From: Cetorhinus maximus
Taxonomy: Eukaryota
Length of the DNA: 64,000 nucleotides
Direction: 5' to 3'
Assembly: GCF_964194155.1 (NCBI RefSeq)
Contig: NC_135898.1
Location: 47,554,001 to 47,618,000 of the forward strand
Every line of letters starts with the position of its first letter. Positions within the stretch are counted from its first letter, which is position 1. The translations under genes and the position numbers were made by a program. Positions 13,399-27,305 of this stretch are shown here, in pieces. Under the pieces are notes generated by a model, which was not told where the DNA came from, ran no database searches, and was given only the letters and a program-made list of their open reading frames with translations.

Positions 13399-13515
13399 GG
13401 GCAGAATTTTACGGCAGCGGGATTTTACGTTCTCGCTGAAGTCAATGGGGTTTATAATGGCTCGCCGCATTTTACAGCCCCGTCCCTGTTGAAACAGGGC
13501 TGTAAAATTCTGCCT
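13399..13515. mobile_element. 117-bp Harbinger MITE
   Basis: GGGCAGAATTTTAC...GTAAAATTCTGCCT with TSD ATA/ATA, inserted in a CR1 tail remnant (atagaatcatagaatggttacaac). Confidence 0.85.
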
Positions 13516-14685
13516 ATAGAATGGTTACAACGCAGAAGGAGGCCACTATATTACTGTATTACTGAACCATCAAGATACAATTGAAGGGAAAGACCTGGCT
13601 CAGTAAACCTCTGATGGTAAATGAATCCCTTATCACTTATATCAGTATGGTTCAGGTTTTCGTCATGTAAATGGTTTGACTACTATCAATAGCAGGAAAC
13701 TCCCACAGGGGTTAGGCTCAAGATAGACATGTCTCACAGGACAAGGCTCTATTTTAATCAGAATTACTGTCTATCCTAATGAGGAACAATCTATCATCCA
13801 GTGTAAAATATCTTCACCAAACCTGCGGCTGTCAAACAGAGATAGGAATAATATAAATTACCAATTTATAAAACAAACCTTCAATTCTTATAGACATTGT
13901 CTGCAAAACGGTTTGTATATTAACTTGGATCAAGTGCAAGGTAAATGTCACTTAAAATTGAGGTTGTCATCATTAATAATATTCCCTAAAAATTTAGTCC
14001 AGAAGCTCACTCTCCAAATTTACAATAATATGTTTTCCTATAAGGGGAAGATGATGACATTACATTACTCTTTGGAATAAGACTGTGCCGATTATGCACA
14101 GCCAGGCAAATTTAAATTAGATCAACTTCTACCAGAGCTGCTTTCATGTCCTTTCCAAACTCTCTTTATGCATCATGAGATCATCAGCTTGACCTGTTTA
14201 AACCAAAATCTTTTTACACAAGGTAATGTTTTGCATTAAGTTCATTGTGATAGCCATCTTGCAAGGTAACAGTTTAGAGATGGTGCTTGAAAAGTTATCG
14301 TATAGAGTTCTGATGAAGAAAATACTCTAAAGCAGCCAGTGGCTGTAAGAAAAAGACCATGATGTCGAAATAAGGGCTCAGACAACTCTTCACTGATTTC
14401 TCAAGGTCAAGGACCATGAAGCTGAGAGATATAGGTTTTCCCAAAAGACTTTGGAGCTTTAAATGGGTCACACATTCAGGCAATTCCGTAATGCCACCAC
14501 TCCAAATTCTCTGGTTATGAAATTCCAGCTCGGGTTGAGAATGGAGAGTGACAGCTGTAGCCAGAATTTGCAGGCCTCGACAGAGGGGATTGTTTATTTT
14601 CCGCCTGGAGGTGAAAGGATTCCTTTCAGAAGAAAAATAGTTTATTTCTGTCTTTAGCGAGATCTATGGCTTACTGATGGCTTAC

Positions 14686-14907
14686 TTATGGTGCTTCTGC
14701 TTCACCATTCTCCGACCAGCAGAGAGGCCCCTGCTGAGCTTTAGTCTCTTGGTGTCCATGCAGGGATCGGATGGATCTAAAGTGGCCTATAACAAATCTG
14801 TTACTAGCATGCGCTGCAATACCCATTGGTATTGTACACCCACAAACCAACTACATTTCTGATACAACAGATGTGGAACACAACAGAACGGAGAGCATTC
14901 AAATTCT
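14686..14907 (-). other. Candidate host exon (5' UTR plus possible first coding segment)
   Basis: Strong acceptor cttttaccccctctcgttttcAG and donor AA|GTAAGC. ATG at 14759 is open to the donor: MDTKRLKLSRGLSAGRRMVKQKHH. The flanks show no recognisable repeats. Confidence 0.3.
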
Positions 14908-16659
14908 CTGAAAACGAGAGGGGGTAAAAGACCAAGCCTGCCCCACGCTCATGATGGCAAAAGATTATGACAAGGCACTTTTTAAACCCCCACCTCTCCC
15001 CCAGGACCCATGTACTCTCTTGGGAGAGGGAGGGAAAAAAAACAGGAAAATAACATAGGGCCAATAAAGGGAATAAAAATCTAGAAAATAAATGTCGGGA
15101 ATGAGCAGAGCTCGTCTTAAACTGGATTTGAATTAGAGCCTGGAGTTTTTCTGTCAGTGTTACTGAGATTTCATTTTTTGATTCATGTATCTACCTACAG
15201 TAGGATGTGTTCCAGCAGTTGGGTTCATTATTAATTAGAATAGCCTTTAGTCGGATTGCCTCTGTGAGCCATTAAAAAAAACTGCAAAGAAAATTGCAGC
15301 CAGGAGTATTTCTTCCTGGCTTTGGCATTCAATTTGTACCATAGCAGCAGAAGACAATGGTAAATGTTTGGACTCATTGCTATACTTCAATCCGTAGACC
15401 ACAGCAATAGATCTCAGTCTGTGTACGCCTAGCAATCAGCTTCACAAATAATCTGTAGCAACTGGTAGCTAAATTAATTGCCAGAATGGCTACATTTACA
15501 TAGCAATTGAAAGTATAGGAAGAGCACTGTCAAATCTAGTTCTTAAAAGGTTTTTATATGGAACAGCCCAGTATACATGAAAGTTTCTTACCCATGGCTG
15601 GTTAACAGGCACAGCAAAGCGCAGAAAATAAAGACTATACAATCCAGATACAAAAAGATACAATCCACATCCGTAGGGTGGAACGTACTTACTGGGAAGA
15701 AAGGAAATGGCAAACCACAGCCTTGCATTGCCCGTAAGTAGCTAACTGTAACAGGCAATCCCCAGAGTTTCCCTTCTCAGGACCACCCAGCCACATGCAC
15801 ACACATATAGAGTCTCTCCCAGCAATTCCCACACAGCCTGTCTCCTGCTACACCATCTCGTACCAGTCCCCACACAGCCTGTTCCAATGTAATCTCTCAG
15901 TAGTACTATACAGCCTTTTGCTATACTCCGCATGCTCACAGCTCCCATGTGGCTTCTCAATGTTCCGTAAACAACACCTCCCCAAGGAGGAATTAATTTT
16001 GGACCAACCAGGATTTCAACTGATCAGATTTGGGAACAGGCAGTGGCTACGACTGTATCTCAAGTCATGGGGAAGAATTTCCCAGGCATCAACCCGCCCA
16101 TAGTAACTTGAATGTGCTTTACCTAGCTAATTTAAACTGTTCATATCATTAAATATATGGGAGCTGATATTCCTGTGGGACCAAACTTTCACCCAACCCT
16201 GGCCTGTGTCAGTGACTTCAGCTCATTTCCTATAATCGAGGTTATTTACATTTTTAGGGTGAACGCTAGGGCCATTTACAGCTTATACAGATAAATGTGC
16301 CTTCTCAGGGCAAATTGAGGCCAACGGTCTACTCCAAATTTGCACCAGATGTCCACATATGGATACTTTCCAACAGGGCTTACCGAATATGATCAGGAAC
16401 GAGAGTCTTGACTCACTTCTTTCCCCTCTCTAATTCAGGGGTGCTGGGTTAAATGTAGCACCCTACCTATTGTCCCAGCTGTGAACAGTTAATTCATCAC
16501 AGATCAACAACTGAAATTAGGGATAAACATGTGACACTGAGAAACATCTTTACTGGGGGTGGAGAATGGGCGGTGGTAGACAGGAATCTGTTGAATTTTG
16601 ATGTCTTTTAATGTGAAGCGATGAGTGATTGTAATGAGCTTAGCAAAGTTATTGACTCG

Positions 16660-18362
16660 CTTGTCACAGGCAAAGCTCCAGGTGTAGATGCTAAACTGGC
16701 TGAACTTATCGAGCACAGGAAACCAACGCTCCTACAGCATCTCCATGAATTCCTCTGTCTCTGCTGAAGAAAGGGCGCAGTGCCCGAGGATATGCAGCAT
16801 GCAAAGATTGTGACCCTGTACAAGAGCAAAGATGACCGCAGGGACTGCAACAACTATCATGGCGTCCCCCTGCTGACCGTCGTGGGAAAAGTATTTGCCA
16901 GCGTTGCCCTTGTCAGATTGCAGATCTTGGCTGAACGCATCTATCCCGAGTCCCATTGTGGTTTCAGGATTGGAGGATCTACAACTGACATGATCTTCTC
17001 AGTCCGACAGCTGCAAGAGAAATGGCGTGAACAAAGACCACTATATATTGCTTCATCAATCTCACCATGTCTATTTAGACTGCTAGAGAAAATTAGCTGC
17101 CTGCTGAAGCTGCTCAAATGTGATCTCTTCTTTACATGACAACATGATGGGTAAGGTCAGCTATGACGGGTAACGTCAGAACCCTTTGAGATCCACAGTG
17201 AGGTCAAACAGGGCTGTGTTCTGGCACTTCTGTGGCATATTCTTATCTTTGCTGCTGTCACATGCCTTCAGGTAATCTACAGAGGGTGTCTACTTACATA
17301 CCAGAACTGACAGGACGCTGTTCAGCTTTGCTTGCCCGAGATCCAAGACAAAGGTTTGCCAAGTCCTCAAGAGAGTTGCTCTAGGCTGATGATGCCAACC
17401 AGCATTCCATACCGAGGAACACCTTCAGTGGCAAATGGACAGACTCTCTCACGTCTGTAAAGACTTTTGTCTTCTTGATGCTGATGGTCAAACCAATGTC
17501 ATGGTGCAGGATGTTGCCATGCTGCCATCTAACCATTGACAATGTGATGCTGGAGTCTGTTGATAGTTTCACATGTCTAGGCTCCACAATCACCAGCAAT
17601 CTGTCATGATGCTGAAATCAACACACACATTGCAAAGAGCTGCAGCTGTTATGTCTAAGCTGAGTAAGAGAGTGTGAAACAACAGCAACCTGACTGAGAA
17701 CACCCAACTGCAAGTCAACCAAGCCTGTGTCCTCAACCCGCTCCTCTATGTGGGGAAGTGATACATGGACAATATATGCTAGACAGGAGAAAAGGCTGAA
17801 CAATTTCCACCCTGGCTGTCTCAGATGTATCTTTGGTATCTCTTGGCAGGACAAGGTCACCAACTCAGGGCCCTGAAGCATGCTAATTCCATCAGCAAAC
17901 ACTCATTGCTAAGCCAATGACATAAGCACTGGCTCGGCTACTTTCATTGGATGGATAACAGCCATATATCCTTCTGTGCAATGAACTGGCCACTGAGTCA
18001 CAACCTGCTGAACATCAATACCTCCTCTAGAAGGACAACTGAAAGCAGGATATGAAGATGGCGGACGCTGGCACTGACAACTGGGAGACAGTCACTGACG
18101 GTTATGGCCTCCGGAGGCTGACTGTTTGGAAGGACATTGGAAGAGGCGAGAAGAAATGGAAATCTCAGTTGGCCAAGAAAAGGTTCCAGGGAAAACAAGA
18201 GGCCAGTGAGTCATGCACCTTCTCAGCCCATTCCTCTGTAGAAAATGCGACAGGCACTGCCACGCCAGAGGAGGTCTCTTGAGCCACACCAGGGGATACT
18301 TAACACAGAGGTGACCACCACGTGCAAACCATCATCTTACGAGACAGAAGGCTGCCACAACA
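16660..18362 (+). mobile_element. 5'-truncated RTE-clade LINE (degraded RT)
   Basis: MQHAKIVTLYKSKDDRRDCNNYHGVPLLTVVGKVFA...AERIYPESHCGFR..STTDMIFSVRQLQEKWREQ, then VKQGCVLA and ADD remnants and an RTE-type 3' end. Confidence 0.9.
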
Positions 18363-18458
18363 GTCAATAAGTAATTCAGTAAGAATGAAAAGACGAGTAA
18401 CCCAGTATCAAGCAGTAAATTACTCTCCTACTTGGCAGGATAGCAGACGTGATTGGTA

Positions 18459-19410
18459 GTTCTGGAGTTGAACATGTGCTTGAAGAGGTGCTTGTTGTGC
18501 TTTCAAATATTTAGAGCAATTCACCATGTAAATCGAATATATAGAGATTTTGGTAGTTCAGGTGCAGAACAGTGTAATGCACATCTTGTAGGATACACAG
18601 CCCACTCTTCAACATCTACATTATAGGAAGTCCTCAAGCCAGTCTCTCTGCTCACTAACTGGATTCAGTCCTCCCACATTAGATCTACTCCAGGAGCACC
18701 AATGTGATACCAACTGAAAATTAGAAATGTTTCTTCAGACAGATTACCATGAAGCACAGAGTATTGTGTCAGACACCAAGAAATAAAGGGAGGTATCATT
18801 CAACAACAGCAGGGAGATGATTAATTTGCCATTGGCACATTTTAAATCTTCTTTCTGCAGATTTCCTTCTGGGTTTTAAATCAGAATTGTTATACAAGTG
18901 AATACCCAGAAGCCTAATTTTAAATGGTCATATTTTATTCCTCTGCTTGTAGTGTAATAATCTTTCCCCCTTCTGCCCTTTTGGCAGGGCCACTGAAATC
19001 TAATGGTGCCGTTGTGATTCGCACCATGTGTCATTCTTGGTGTAACTTACAATATTTGAGCAAAATGAACTTTGTTTAAAAACTCTCAATGGCTCCCCTA
19101 CCGTGTAGAACATTGTTTAGGAATACGGTCACATTCGTACCGTTATGTTTGAGCTAACAGTACATCCGTTTCAATGTTTTGATAAAAGACGACATCGTAA
19201 TAGAAGACGACAAGAGTTTGAAACTACATACTCAGATAAACTGAGTATACAACACAAATTTAGACTCCTGATTTCCTACAGGAATATAAATACTAATTCC
19301 CAATTTGTATGTATGGCCCTAACTCTATATATTCAATTTACATGGTGAATTGCTCTAAATATTTGAAAGCACAAAAAGCACCTCTTCAAGCACATGTTCA
19401 ACTCCAGAAC
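18459..19410. repeat. Inverted repeat: 88-bp arms (18459-18546, 19323-19410), 776-bp spacer
   Basis: The arms are reverse complements with 2 mismatches. Confidence 0.9.
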
Positions 19411-19758
19411 ACAACAGCACAGATTATAGTAGTGAAAGGTACTGTGTCTTCAAAGGGGATGGATCTGGAGCTAACTAACTAGTGGAGGGGGATTTTATGG
19501 AGCCCACAAGAGTGGGAAACGTGGCGTGAGAGGTGACTGAACTAGGCGGGAACCGAAATTTCAATTTCCTGATGGCAGGCTGAGATGCAGAGATTAAATC
19601 AATGATGTATCGGGCCCCATACAGTCCCATGACTCGTTCCCAATTGTAATATATTTGCATTCCATGAATGCTCATTAGCATAAAATGCTTATTAATTACG
19701 CCCCACCTTCAAGATAAGTCAGTGGCGCACGAGAATCTCATGACACCTGGTTCATGGT

Positions 19759-20935
19759 TTTTTTTTTAAATTAATTCACGGGATATGGATGTCACTGGCT
19801 GGGCCAGCATTTACTGATCACCCTCAATTGCCCTTGAGAAGTGTGAGAAGGCCTTCTTGAACCACTGTGGTCCCTGTGGTGTAGGTACACCTACTGTGCT
19901 GTTAGGAAGAGAATTCCAGGATTTTGACCCAGCGACAGTGAAGGAACGGCGATATATTTCCAAGTCAGGATGGTGAGTGGCTTGGAGTGGAACTTCCAGG
20001 TGGTGTTCCCATGTTTCTGCTGCCCTTGTCCTTCTAGATGGTAGTGGTCGTGGGTTTGGAAGGAGCTGTCTAAGGGGGCTTGGGGAGTTCTTGCAGTGCA
20101 TCTTGTAGATGGTACACATTCTGCCACTGTGCGTCAGTGGTGGAGGGAGTGAATGTTTGTGGAAATAGTGCCAATGAAGCGTACTGCTTTGTCCTGGAGG
20201 GCGTCAAGCTTATTGAGTGTTGTGGGAGCTGCGCTCATCCAAGCAAGTGGAGAGTATTCGATCACACTCCTGACTTGTGCCTTGTAGATGGTGGACAGGC
20301 TTTGGGGAGTCAGGAGGTGAGTTAATTGCTGCAGGATTCCTAGCCTCTGACCTGCTCTTGCAGCCACAGCATTTATATGGCTAGTCCAGTTCAGTTTCTG
20401 GTCAATGGTACCCCCAGGATGCTGATAGTGGGATATTTAGTGGTGGTAATGCCATTGAATGTTAAGGGATGATGACTAGATTCTCTCTTGTTGGAGATGG
20501 TCATTACCTGGCATTTGTGTGGCGCAAATGTTACTTGCCACTTGTCAGCCCAAGCCTGGGTATTGTCCAGGTCTTGCTGCATTTTCACATGGACTGCTTC
20601 AGTATCTGAGAAGTCGCGAATGGTGCTGAACGTTGTGCAATCATCAGCGAACATCCCCACTTCTGACCTTCTGATGGGAGGTCATTGATGAAACAACAGA
20701 AGATGGCTGGGCTGAGGACATTACCCTGAGGAACTCCTGCATTGATGTCCTGGAACTGAGATGACTGACCTCCAACAACCACAACCATCTTCCTTTGTGC
20801 TAGGTATGACGCCAACCAGCAGACAGTTTCCCCCCTGATTCCCATTGACTCCAGTTTTGCTTGGGCTCCTTGATGCCACACTCGATCAAATGCTGCCTTG
20901 ATGTCAAGGGCGGTCACTCTCACCTCACCTCTGGT
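19759..20935 (-). mobile_element. 5'-truncated CR1-like LINE (second subfamily)
   Basis: VTALDIKAAFDRVWH, GVPQGNVLSP, MFADD and WADKWQVTFAPHKC motifs. The 3' end has an A-rich tail at 19759-19770. It appears nested in a Harbinger-like MITE (about 19486-22021). Confidence 0.9.
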
Positions 20936-23900
20936 GGCATCCGTTAGTCAGCTTGGTGCAGTTGTGTCTGTGGTCAGCGGATTTCCTTGTTAACTCTGCA
21001 GCACAAGGAGGGGGAGCAGGAGAATGGCAACTTGCATGGAGGCTCGGCAAGGTTGCGTCAGTGATGAGGTCAGGGGGGGTGGGGAGGTGGGGAGAGCTGA
21101 GGCGGGGTGGAGAAAGGGTGTGGATTTAGGTTGGGGGTATAGGGCAATAGAAGAGGGATTCAAGAGAGGCCAGGACATAGAGGAGTGGAAAAGGGAAGAG
21201 CTTGGCATTCTGGGTGTAATGGGGGATGATGAGAAAAGTCAGCCAAGGCAAGAAAATGCAGGGCCTAAAGGACAGTGTCAGTACTGTCCACAAATGGGCC
21301 CATCTCAGCGTGTTGTCTGGCAGAGTCCTTACAGGGCGTTGAGTTCACCTACAACACTTCAATTATTCCCCACTGAGAGTGAGCTCGGACAATATCCTTT
21401 ACAATATATAGATGGGAGAGCCAGCTGAGCTTGGAAGTTCAGCTATGCCCCACAGAGTGATGAATACCACACTGGACATTAACATGAACATTTAATAAAG
21501 AGTGAACAAAAACCACAACATTGTTTCTTCCACAATAAAGGAAATGTCCTTAACTCCCTTGTAACCATCAATGCGTGCGGGCTATGAGCCAATGCCAACT
21601 CTCTGACTAAGTCTGAACAAATAACAATGATGCAAACACAAAAAATGGGAAACCAATCTAACGTAAAACATTTATTAGTGAAATTTTAATTTGAAAAACA
21701 CCGATGCCACCTTTGTGTTCTTGTTAAGCCTTATGTTAATGGCAATGGAGTTGGGCAGGAAAAATTGTGGTCATGATGAAGTCTCCCTATTTGTCCAGGG
21801 GATTCTGTAGCCTGCCTGTATCTGCAGCAACGTCAGCTGACAGTGGGTTTCACCATTGGAAAGTTTACTCCGCCGCGTGATCGTACATATCTCCTGCACA
21901 CGCCGCTGGAACTGTAATGTTTAATTGGAATTGCGTGGGAACCAGGAAAAAGCAAGACAGTGGAAGTGACACCCACTTCCTGTTCCATCAGGAACGGCAT
22001 GCCACGGTTAAAATTTCGCCCATTAAGTATGAATGAGAAGTCAGCAGCAAACACCTCAATACTTTAGATGTTGTAGCGTTTTATTTTCAGTAAAATATCA
22101 CACCTTTTCCCTATAAAAATGAAAGAAAAAATAGAACAAAGAAAGGTCATTTGACCCACTAAACCCACTCTTTTCACTGACCCTCTACAATTTACTTTGT
22201 CTTGGTTTCTTGAGGGAAAGCTCTAATAAGTGCTTTCTGATCCATAAGGGTTATTATGTGCAATCCATCTTCAGATCTCCATTATTCAACCTTAGCTTGC
22301 TGTTCTCCACAAATAATTACTTCCCTCATCCAAAACCAGCATTGCAGGAACCACGAGGCTAACTTGCCTCTAGTAATGGAAGTCAAGTCTAAAAGTCGAT
22401 GACAATGTGGCCTGGTTGGTAATATGCTACTAATGTTCAAATTTTCCAGTTTAGCTCATTTGACTGATCAAGGGCAATCTGTGCAAGTGGAAAATTGTGG
22501 GTAACTTGAAATATAGAGTAGTCAAAACTGGTCTATGGAAGTATTGCAAAATGGTAATAGTCAATTAACAGCCCCCTTTTCACCCTGCCGATTTTCTTTT
22601 CCATTGGCTTCAGGGCAGGCTTGTAAAAGAAGCCAACAATTCACTATTACCCATTTTGCACTGTCGCCAAAAACCAACTTCACCTTTGGGTACACTTGAT
22701 TGGGAGGGTCATAAACGTGCTGAAAGCCTTTGAAAGTGTTCCAGAACCATCCCAACCTATCAGCAGCCTTTGCAATGCAGAGGTGGAAAGGCATTAAGAA
22801 GCGACAGCAACAAGTGAAGGAAAATAAAGACCTAGGGCTTGGTGTCATAACTCAAGTTCAGTCAGCATCTGTGTCAACCCTGATGTAGAATGTATCTAGG
22901 GCACCATGTCATCCCATAGAGGGCAGATCCATTATAGAACTTAATCGAAATGTTCTCCTTAAGAGCAAGAGTATTAGTAATTGAAGCAACAGGGCAATCA
23001 GTAGTTTTCTTTTTCAAATTGGCCCATTTTTAAGATTTCGTGTCATATTTAGGATAAAAGTAATCATAATCACCTGGATGTCAATCTTGGAGTGACACAG
23101 CACAGATATACAACCTAAGGCAACAAGAGGCTGTAATCTTCCTGCATAATGAATGAAATGTGAATTTATGTTCATTTGTTCTGTAAGTTATATAGCCTTA
23201 GCAGAATGAGATAATTCATAAATGTACAAAATGAGAATTAGATGCTCGAAGAAAATACCACTTCACCAACAGACAGTAAGCTGTTGTACTGCATCCATAA
23301 ATAATTCCCAAAAAGCTAAAAACTTCTGAAACCAACGCTCAATTAAAAAGAATTCCCTAAAAGTATTCCTAGGTTACAACAGCCCTCAATTTCCTCTCAT
23401 CAACCTGACCAACTTCATTTCAGGAATTTCAATCGACGTAACTCCTCAAGAGCTTTTTGGGGATAAAGGAAGATTTTCTACTTGTGATCATATAATTTTT
23501 AAAAATTACCTCACATTTTAATATTTAAATGAAGGTCTCGTACCCATTTGTTTATGCAGCACCTTAAGCAGCTAAAATGCTGGCTGGAAGATTATATGCT
23601 GCCTGCAACAGGCGGGAATCCGGCGATTCTGATTTCCACCTGAATTCCCTGTTCCTTGCCCCTTCTAGACCGGCAACACTAGCTATCTGGAACAAAGAAT
23701 TTGTCCTAAAACATTCAACAAAGGAATGTTTTCCTTTTCTTTATTAAAGCCTACTCCGTAGCGCAACAACGTTAAACATTACGACACTAATTCAGAAGGA
23801 AGTATGAATCTGGGCCCTGTTTAAAATGATCTTGGAAGAACATGGTAATTTTCTATATCTAGATCTTTTACTTCATGCTGCAATTTTCTCAAAGAGATGA

Positions 23901-24377
23901 CTCTGAAGAGGCAAGTGTCAGGGTCCTTGAAACACTCACTACATTTCTAAGGTCAAGTCATCCCACTCTTCATTACCCTATTTTTTATAAAGGTGCGCAC
24001 ACAGCACATCCACTGACTCCACTGGCTAACAGCTGAAGCACTTCAACTCAAATATACTCCGAGTGTCAGCGAGTTCAAGTGTCAGCAAGTCATTTCAATG
24101 TCAAAGCAACGCTGCTTTCACTAAAATGGGCATGAAAGGAGATAAGGAAAATTTCCCTGCCTCAACAACGCATTCACTTAACATGACAATGCAGTAAACA
24201 TGCGCAAGCTTTTGGTTTTTTAATTAGAGCATTGCTGCTGCAATCATAGGGATCTGTAGTAGGGACTTGCAAATGAAAATTGTGCTCTAGCTGTAAGACA
24301 GTGTTTTAATGAGAATTAAATTTATGGTACAGGCATGTTATCCTCTGGTGGCGGTCAGTTTAAGTAAGGCAGACATT

Positions 24378-25091
24378 GGGCAGGATCTTCCCCCTGTCGG
24401 GGGTTGGGGGTGGCGTCGTTGTGTTGGAGCGGGCACAAGCGGGCGGGTTCATGATCGGCACCCCCAGTCGGGGCCACGCCGCTGTTTTACATGGGTGGGC
24501 CAACTAAGGCCCGTCCAGCGTGATATGCGCCAGGAAGCACTGTGAGCTCCCTATGCGGGCTGGGGTGGGGGGTTTCCCCGAGCCGGGAGTGCACTCTTCT
24601 GCGCATGCTCGCGAAACAGCGCACAGATCTCCCTGAGGCAAAGTGCTGCCTCAAGAAGATCGGCTCAGGTTTTAAACATTGAATGAAGATGAGAAAAAAA
24701 ATTGACATGTTCCCTCATGTGGCACTGTCACATGAGCTGGGACATGTCCATTACTTTAATTTAAAAATTTTTGGAACATTTTAAATCCCTCATGAAACCT
24801 CAGCCCACCCATGGATGAGATTTCATGTTTTTTTCTGAAGGCCGCCAGGCCTCCTCGCCTGCCTTGGCAGCCTTAAGGTTGGACGGGCAGGTCCATTAAT
24901 TACTTTATTAATGGCCTTAAGTGGCCGTTGACAGGTCAGCAGGCACACAGCCGAGTTGGCTGCGCGCCAGCCGAACTGAAAACCTAAATGACACAGGGTG
25001 ACGGCAAGACACACGCCCGACGTCACCCCGCATCATTTTATTCGTTGGCGAGTGGGCTCCGCCCCCGCTCGCCAACCTAAAAATTCTCCCC
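24378..25091. mobile_element. Non-autonomous Harbinger (714 bp)
   Basis: GGGCAGGATCTT...AAAATTCTCCCC with TSD ATT/ATT. Subterminal sequences match those of 4601-8744. Confidence 0.85.
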
Positions 25092-25574
25092 ATTGTCTCC
25101 TGACTTCTCTGATTGGTCCAACGTACAGCCAAATCTTGGAATGTACCTAATGTGGAAAGTAGAGACAACTTGCGACAATCAATTTAGCTTTATTTTATTG
25201 GTGAAAATTCATTTAACAATATTGGACTATAGAGACTGTATTTCAATTGAAGATTAACCTCCTGTAATTTCTGTAGGGGTTCTTCCAATCCCCTGCCATA
25301 ACGGAGACAGAAAGTTGGCAAAAATTCAAGAGCATCAATGTAAACAGAAAGAGGAAGAGCACATGAAAATGAGAGAAAGAGAGAGAGGCCAAGAAATAGG
25401 AAGGCAAAAGGGGTGGGGTGTGGGTGGAGGGAGAGTAAAGGAGAGAGAATGAGGTGGTTGGGGGAGAGGGAGATAGAGAGGGAGAGGAAGGTAAAGGTAG
25501 CGAATGTCCTCAGTTTCTTTAGTTTAATGTTCCAAATTTCAAAATTATGTGTAATCAGCGCTTGCCATGTAGTG

Positions 25575-26248
25575 GCCGGTGCCTGACCCACATATAGGAT
25601 GGTATTTAATGGAGGTATTACCAGCCCCACATTGCCTCTGTTCAGGAGGGCTTGTCAAATTAACTGCCTCTCAGGCACTTGACTAGGCAGCAGCAGGTCA
25701 TCCCTGGGATCAAGGACCCCAGGGTGGAATCCCCACCTGCTGAGAGCTGTTGGCCAGCAGTTGTACACTGCTCGGCAACGCTACCAGTGGAACAGTGGCA
25801 GATGCTGGTAGTGCACCCACCTGAGGCCCTGGACTGCCAAGATACATGGGTCTCAGGTGAGTGATGGCAGGATGGAGGTTGCAGGGTGAGGTTCCCAGGG
25901 GAGAGGGGGAGGAGGGTCAGCAACAGGGGCAGGCTTAGCAGGCTCCCCTTGATGGCAAGTCCCTTCGCCAGGGAATGAGGGACTCCATCTGGAAGCCCGC
26001 AAGCAACCCTTGTCAGGCTTCCTTTATGGCGAGTCCTCCACTCAGTGCTGGATAAATACCATTAATTGCCCACTTAAGGGTCTCAATTGGTTCCTTCCCA
26101 AAGGAAGGTCGTCAATGAGCCTTCACACCCCAGACTAAATCAGGGCAGAGGCAGGAAGGCAGTGGGTTACCTTCCTGTCACCATCCCATCCACTTAAACA
26201 CCCTCCCATCATCAAACTTGCCACACTGGAGGGCATGAAATTATGCCC
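25575..26248. mobile_element. Degenerate Harbinger-type MITE
   Basis: GC-rich block with attaattgcccacttaaggg and terminal AAATTATGCCC. The left end is unclear. Confidence 0.45.
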
Positions 26249-26849
26249 ATATGCGATACCCTGGGAAGTCTACAAAAGTCTGCTCTGGAGGTCTTGAGCT
26301 TAGTATTATAATTAATGGCTCTGAAGGAATTATTTTAGACCCTTGCAGATTACTTAGAAAGCAAAATTAAGTCAGTTATCCCAACAGCGCGCATCTCTGT
26401 CTGTCCTTATTTGTAAATAAATGTGTCTTTAAGTTTTAACCTGAGCATAATAGCCTGACAGTGTCGTATTTATGGCCTGTCAGAGTAGACAGAAGAACAT
26501 CTTACATTCTCTCTGGTGTGTTATACCATAATATCTAGGTTAAGTACCAGTTGTGTGTCATGTATTCCTATTCATGCACATATAAGGCTTTGGTTCATTT
26601 CTTGGCCTCCTTATGGAAAGTGACTTGCTGGTGTATATCTAAAGTATTGGGAGGAAAACTGTGATCCTTGCAAGCCTGGTGCAAATTAAGTCATCGGGTT
26701 TTGTTGTGTGCTGTGTTGGTGGCAGAAGACCAATTAATTCAAATTCATTAATACTTTCCCTCTTACATTTCCAGAGCTTGCCTAATTGCTTACAGTATTT
26801 CCCATTCAGCACTGTGATGGGTGGCTGGGTAATGACAAGATGGTCACAG

Positions 26850-27122
26850 CAGGGAAAGGGAAGGAAGGGAGATCTTAAAGGAGGGAAAGGAGAGAGGAAA
26901 TGAAGAAAAAGAGAAAAGGGAAATGTGAAGCAAATGGATGGCAGTAAGTGAAGAGAGGAAGGTAAGGAAAGGAGAGCAGCAGTGGAGGGAGAAAAGAAGG
27001 GATGAGTGAGGGAAGATGGAAGGTGGGAAGAAGTGAGGAGAGAAATGAGGGAAAATTGAGAAGGGAAAGGGAACAGAGAAAAGAGATGAGAGGAGGAAAA
27101 AAAAAGGAAAGGATAAAGAAAG
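26850..27122 (+). repeat. Purine-rich (GA) low-complexity tract
   Basis: Near-exclusive A/G composition. A similar tract lies at about 25340-25500. Confidence 0.8.
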
Positions 27123-27305
27123 AATTTGCATTTAAATAATGTTTAGTGTGTCCTCAGGAGGTTCAAAAGCTCTTTGCAGGCAGTGAATTGCATTGAAAGC
27201 GCAGTCACTGCTGCTGTCGATAAATGCGTCAGCCAGTTTGGACACGCCAGGGTGCCCCAGACAGCAACGAGATAAATTACCAGTTTTTAGAGGTGTTAAT
27301 TGAAG
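27120..27305 (-). mobile_element. Deu-like SINE 3' fragment
   Basis: Tail similarity to 9900-10020 and 46680-46800. Confidence 0.5.

Noticed and set aside
25190-27131. Hydrophobic F/L/S-rich ORFs resembling membrane proteins (25190-25630, 26844-27131)
   Set aside because: They are translations of GA-rich low-complexity tracts.
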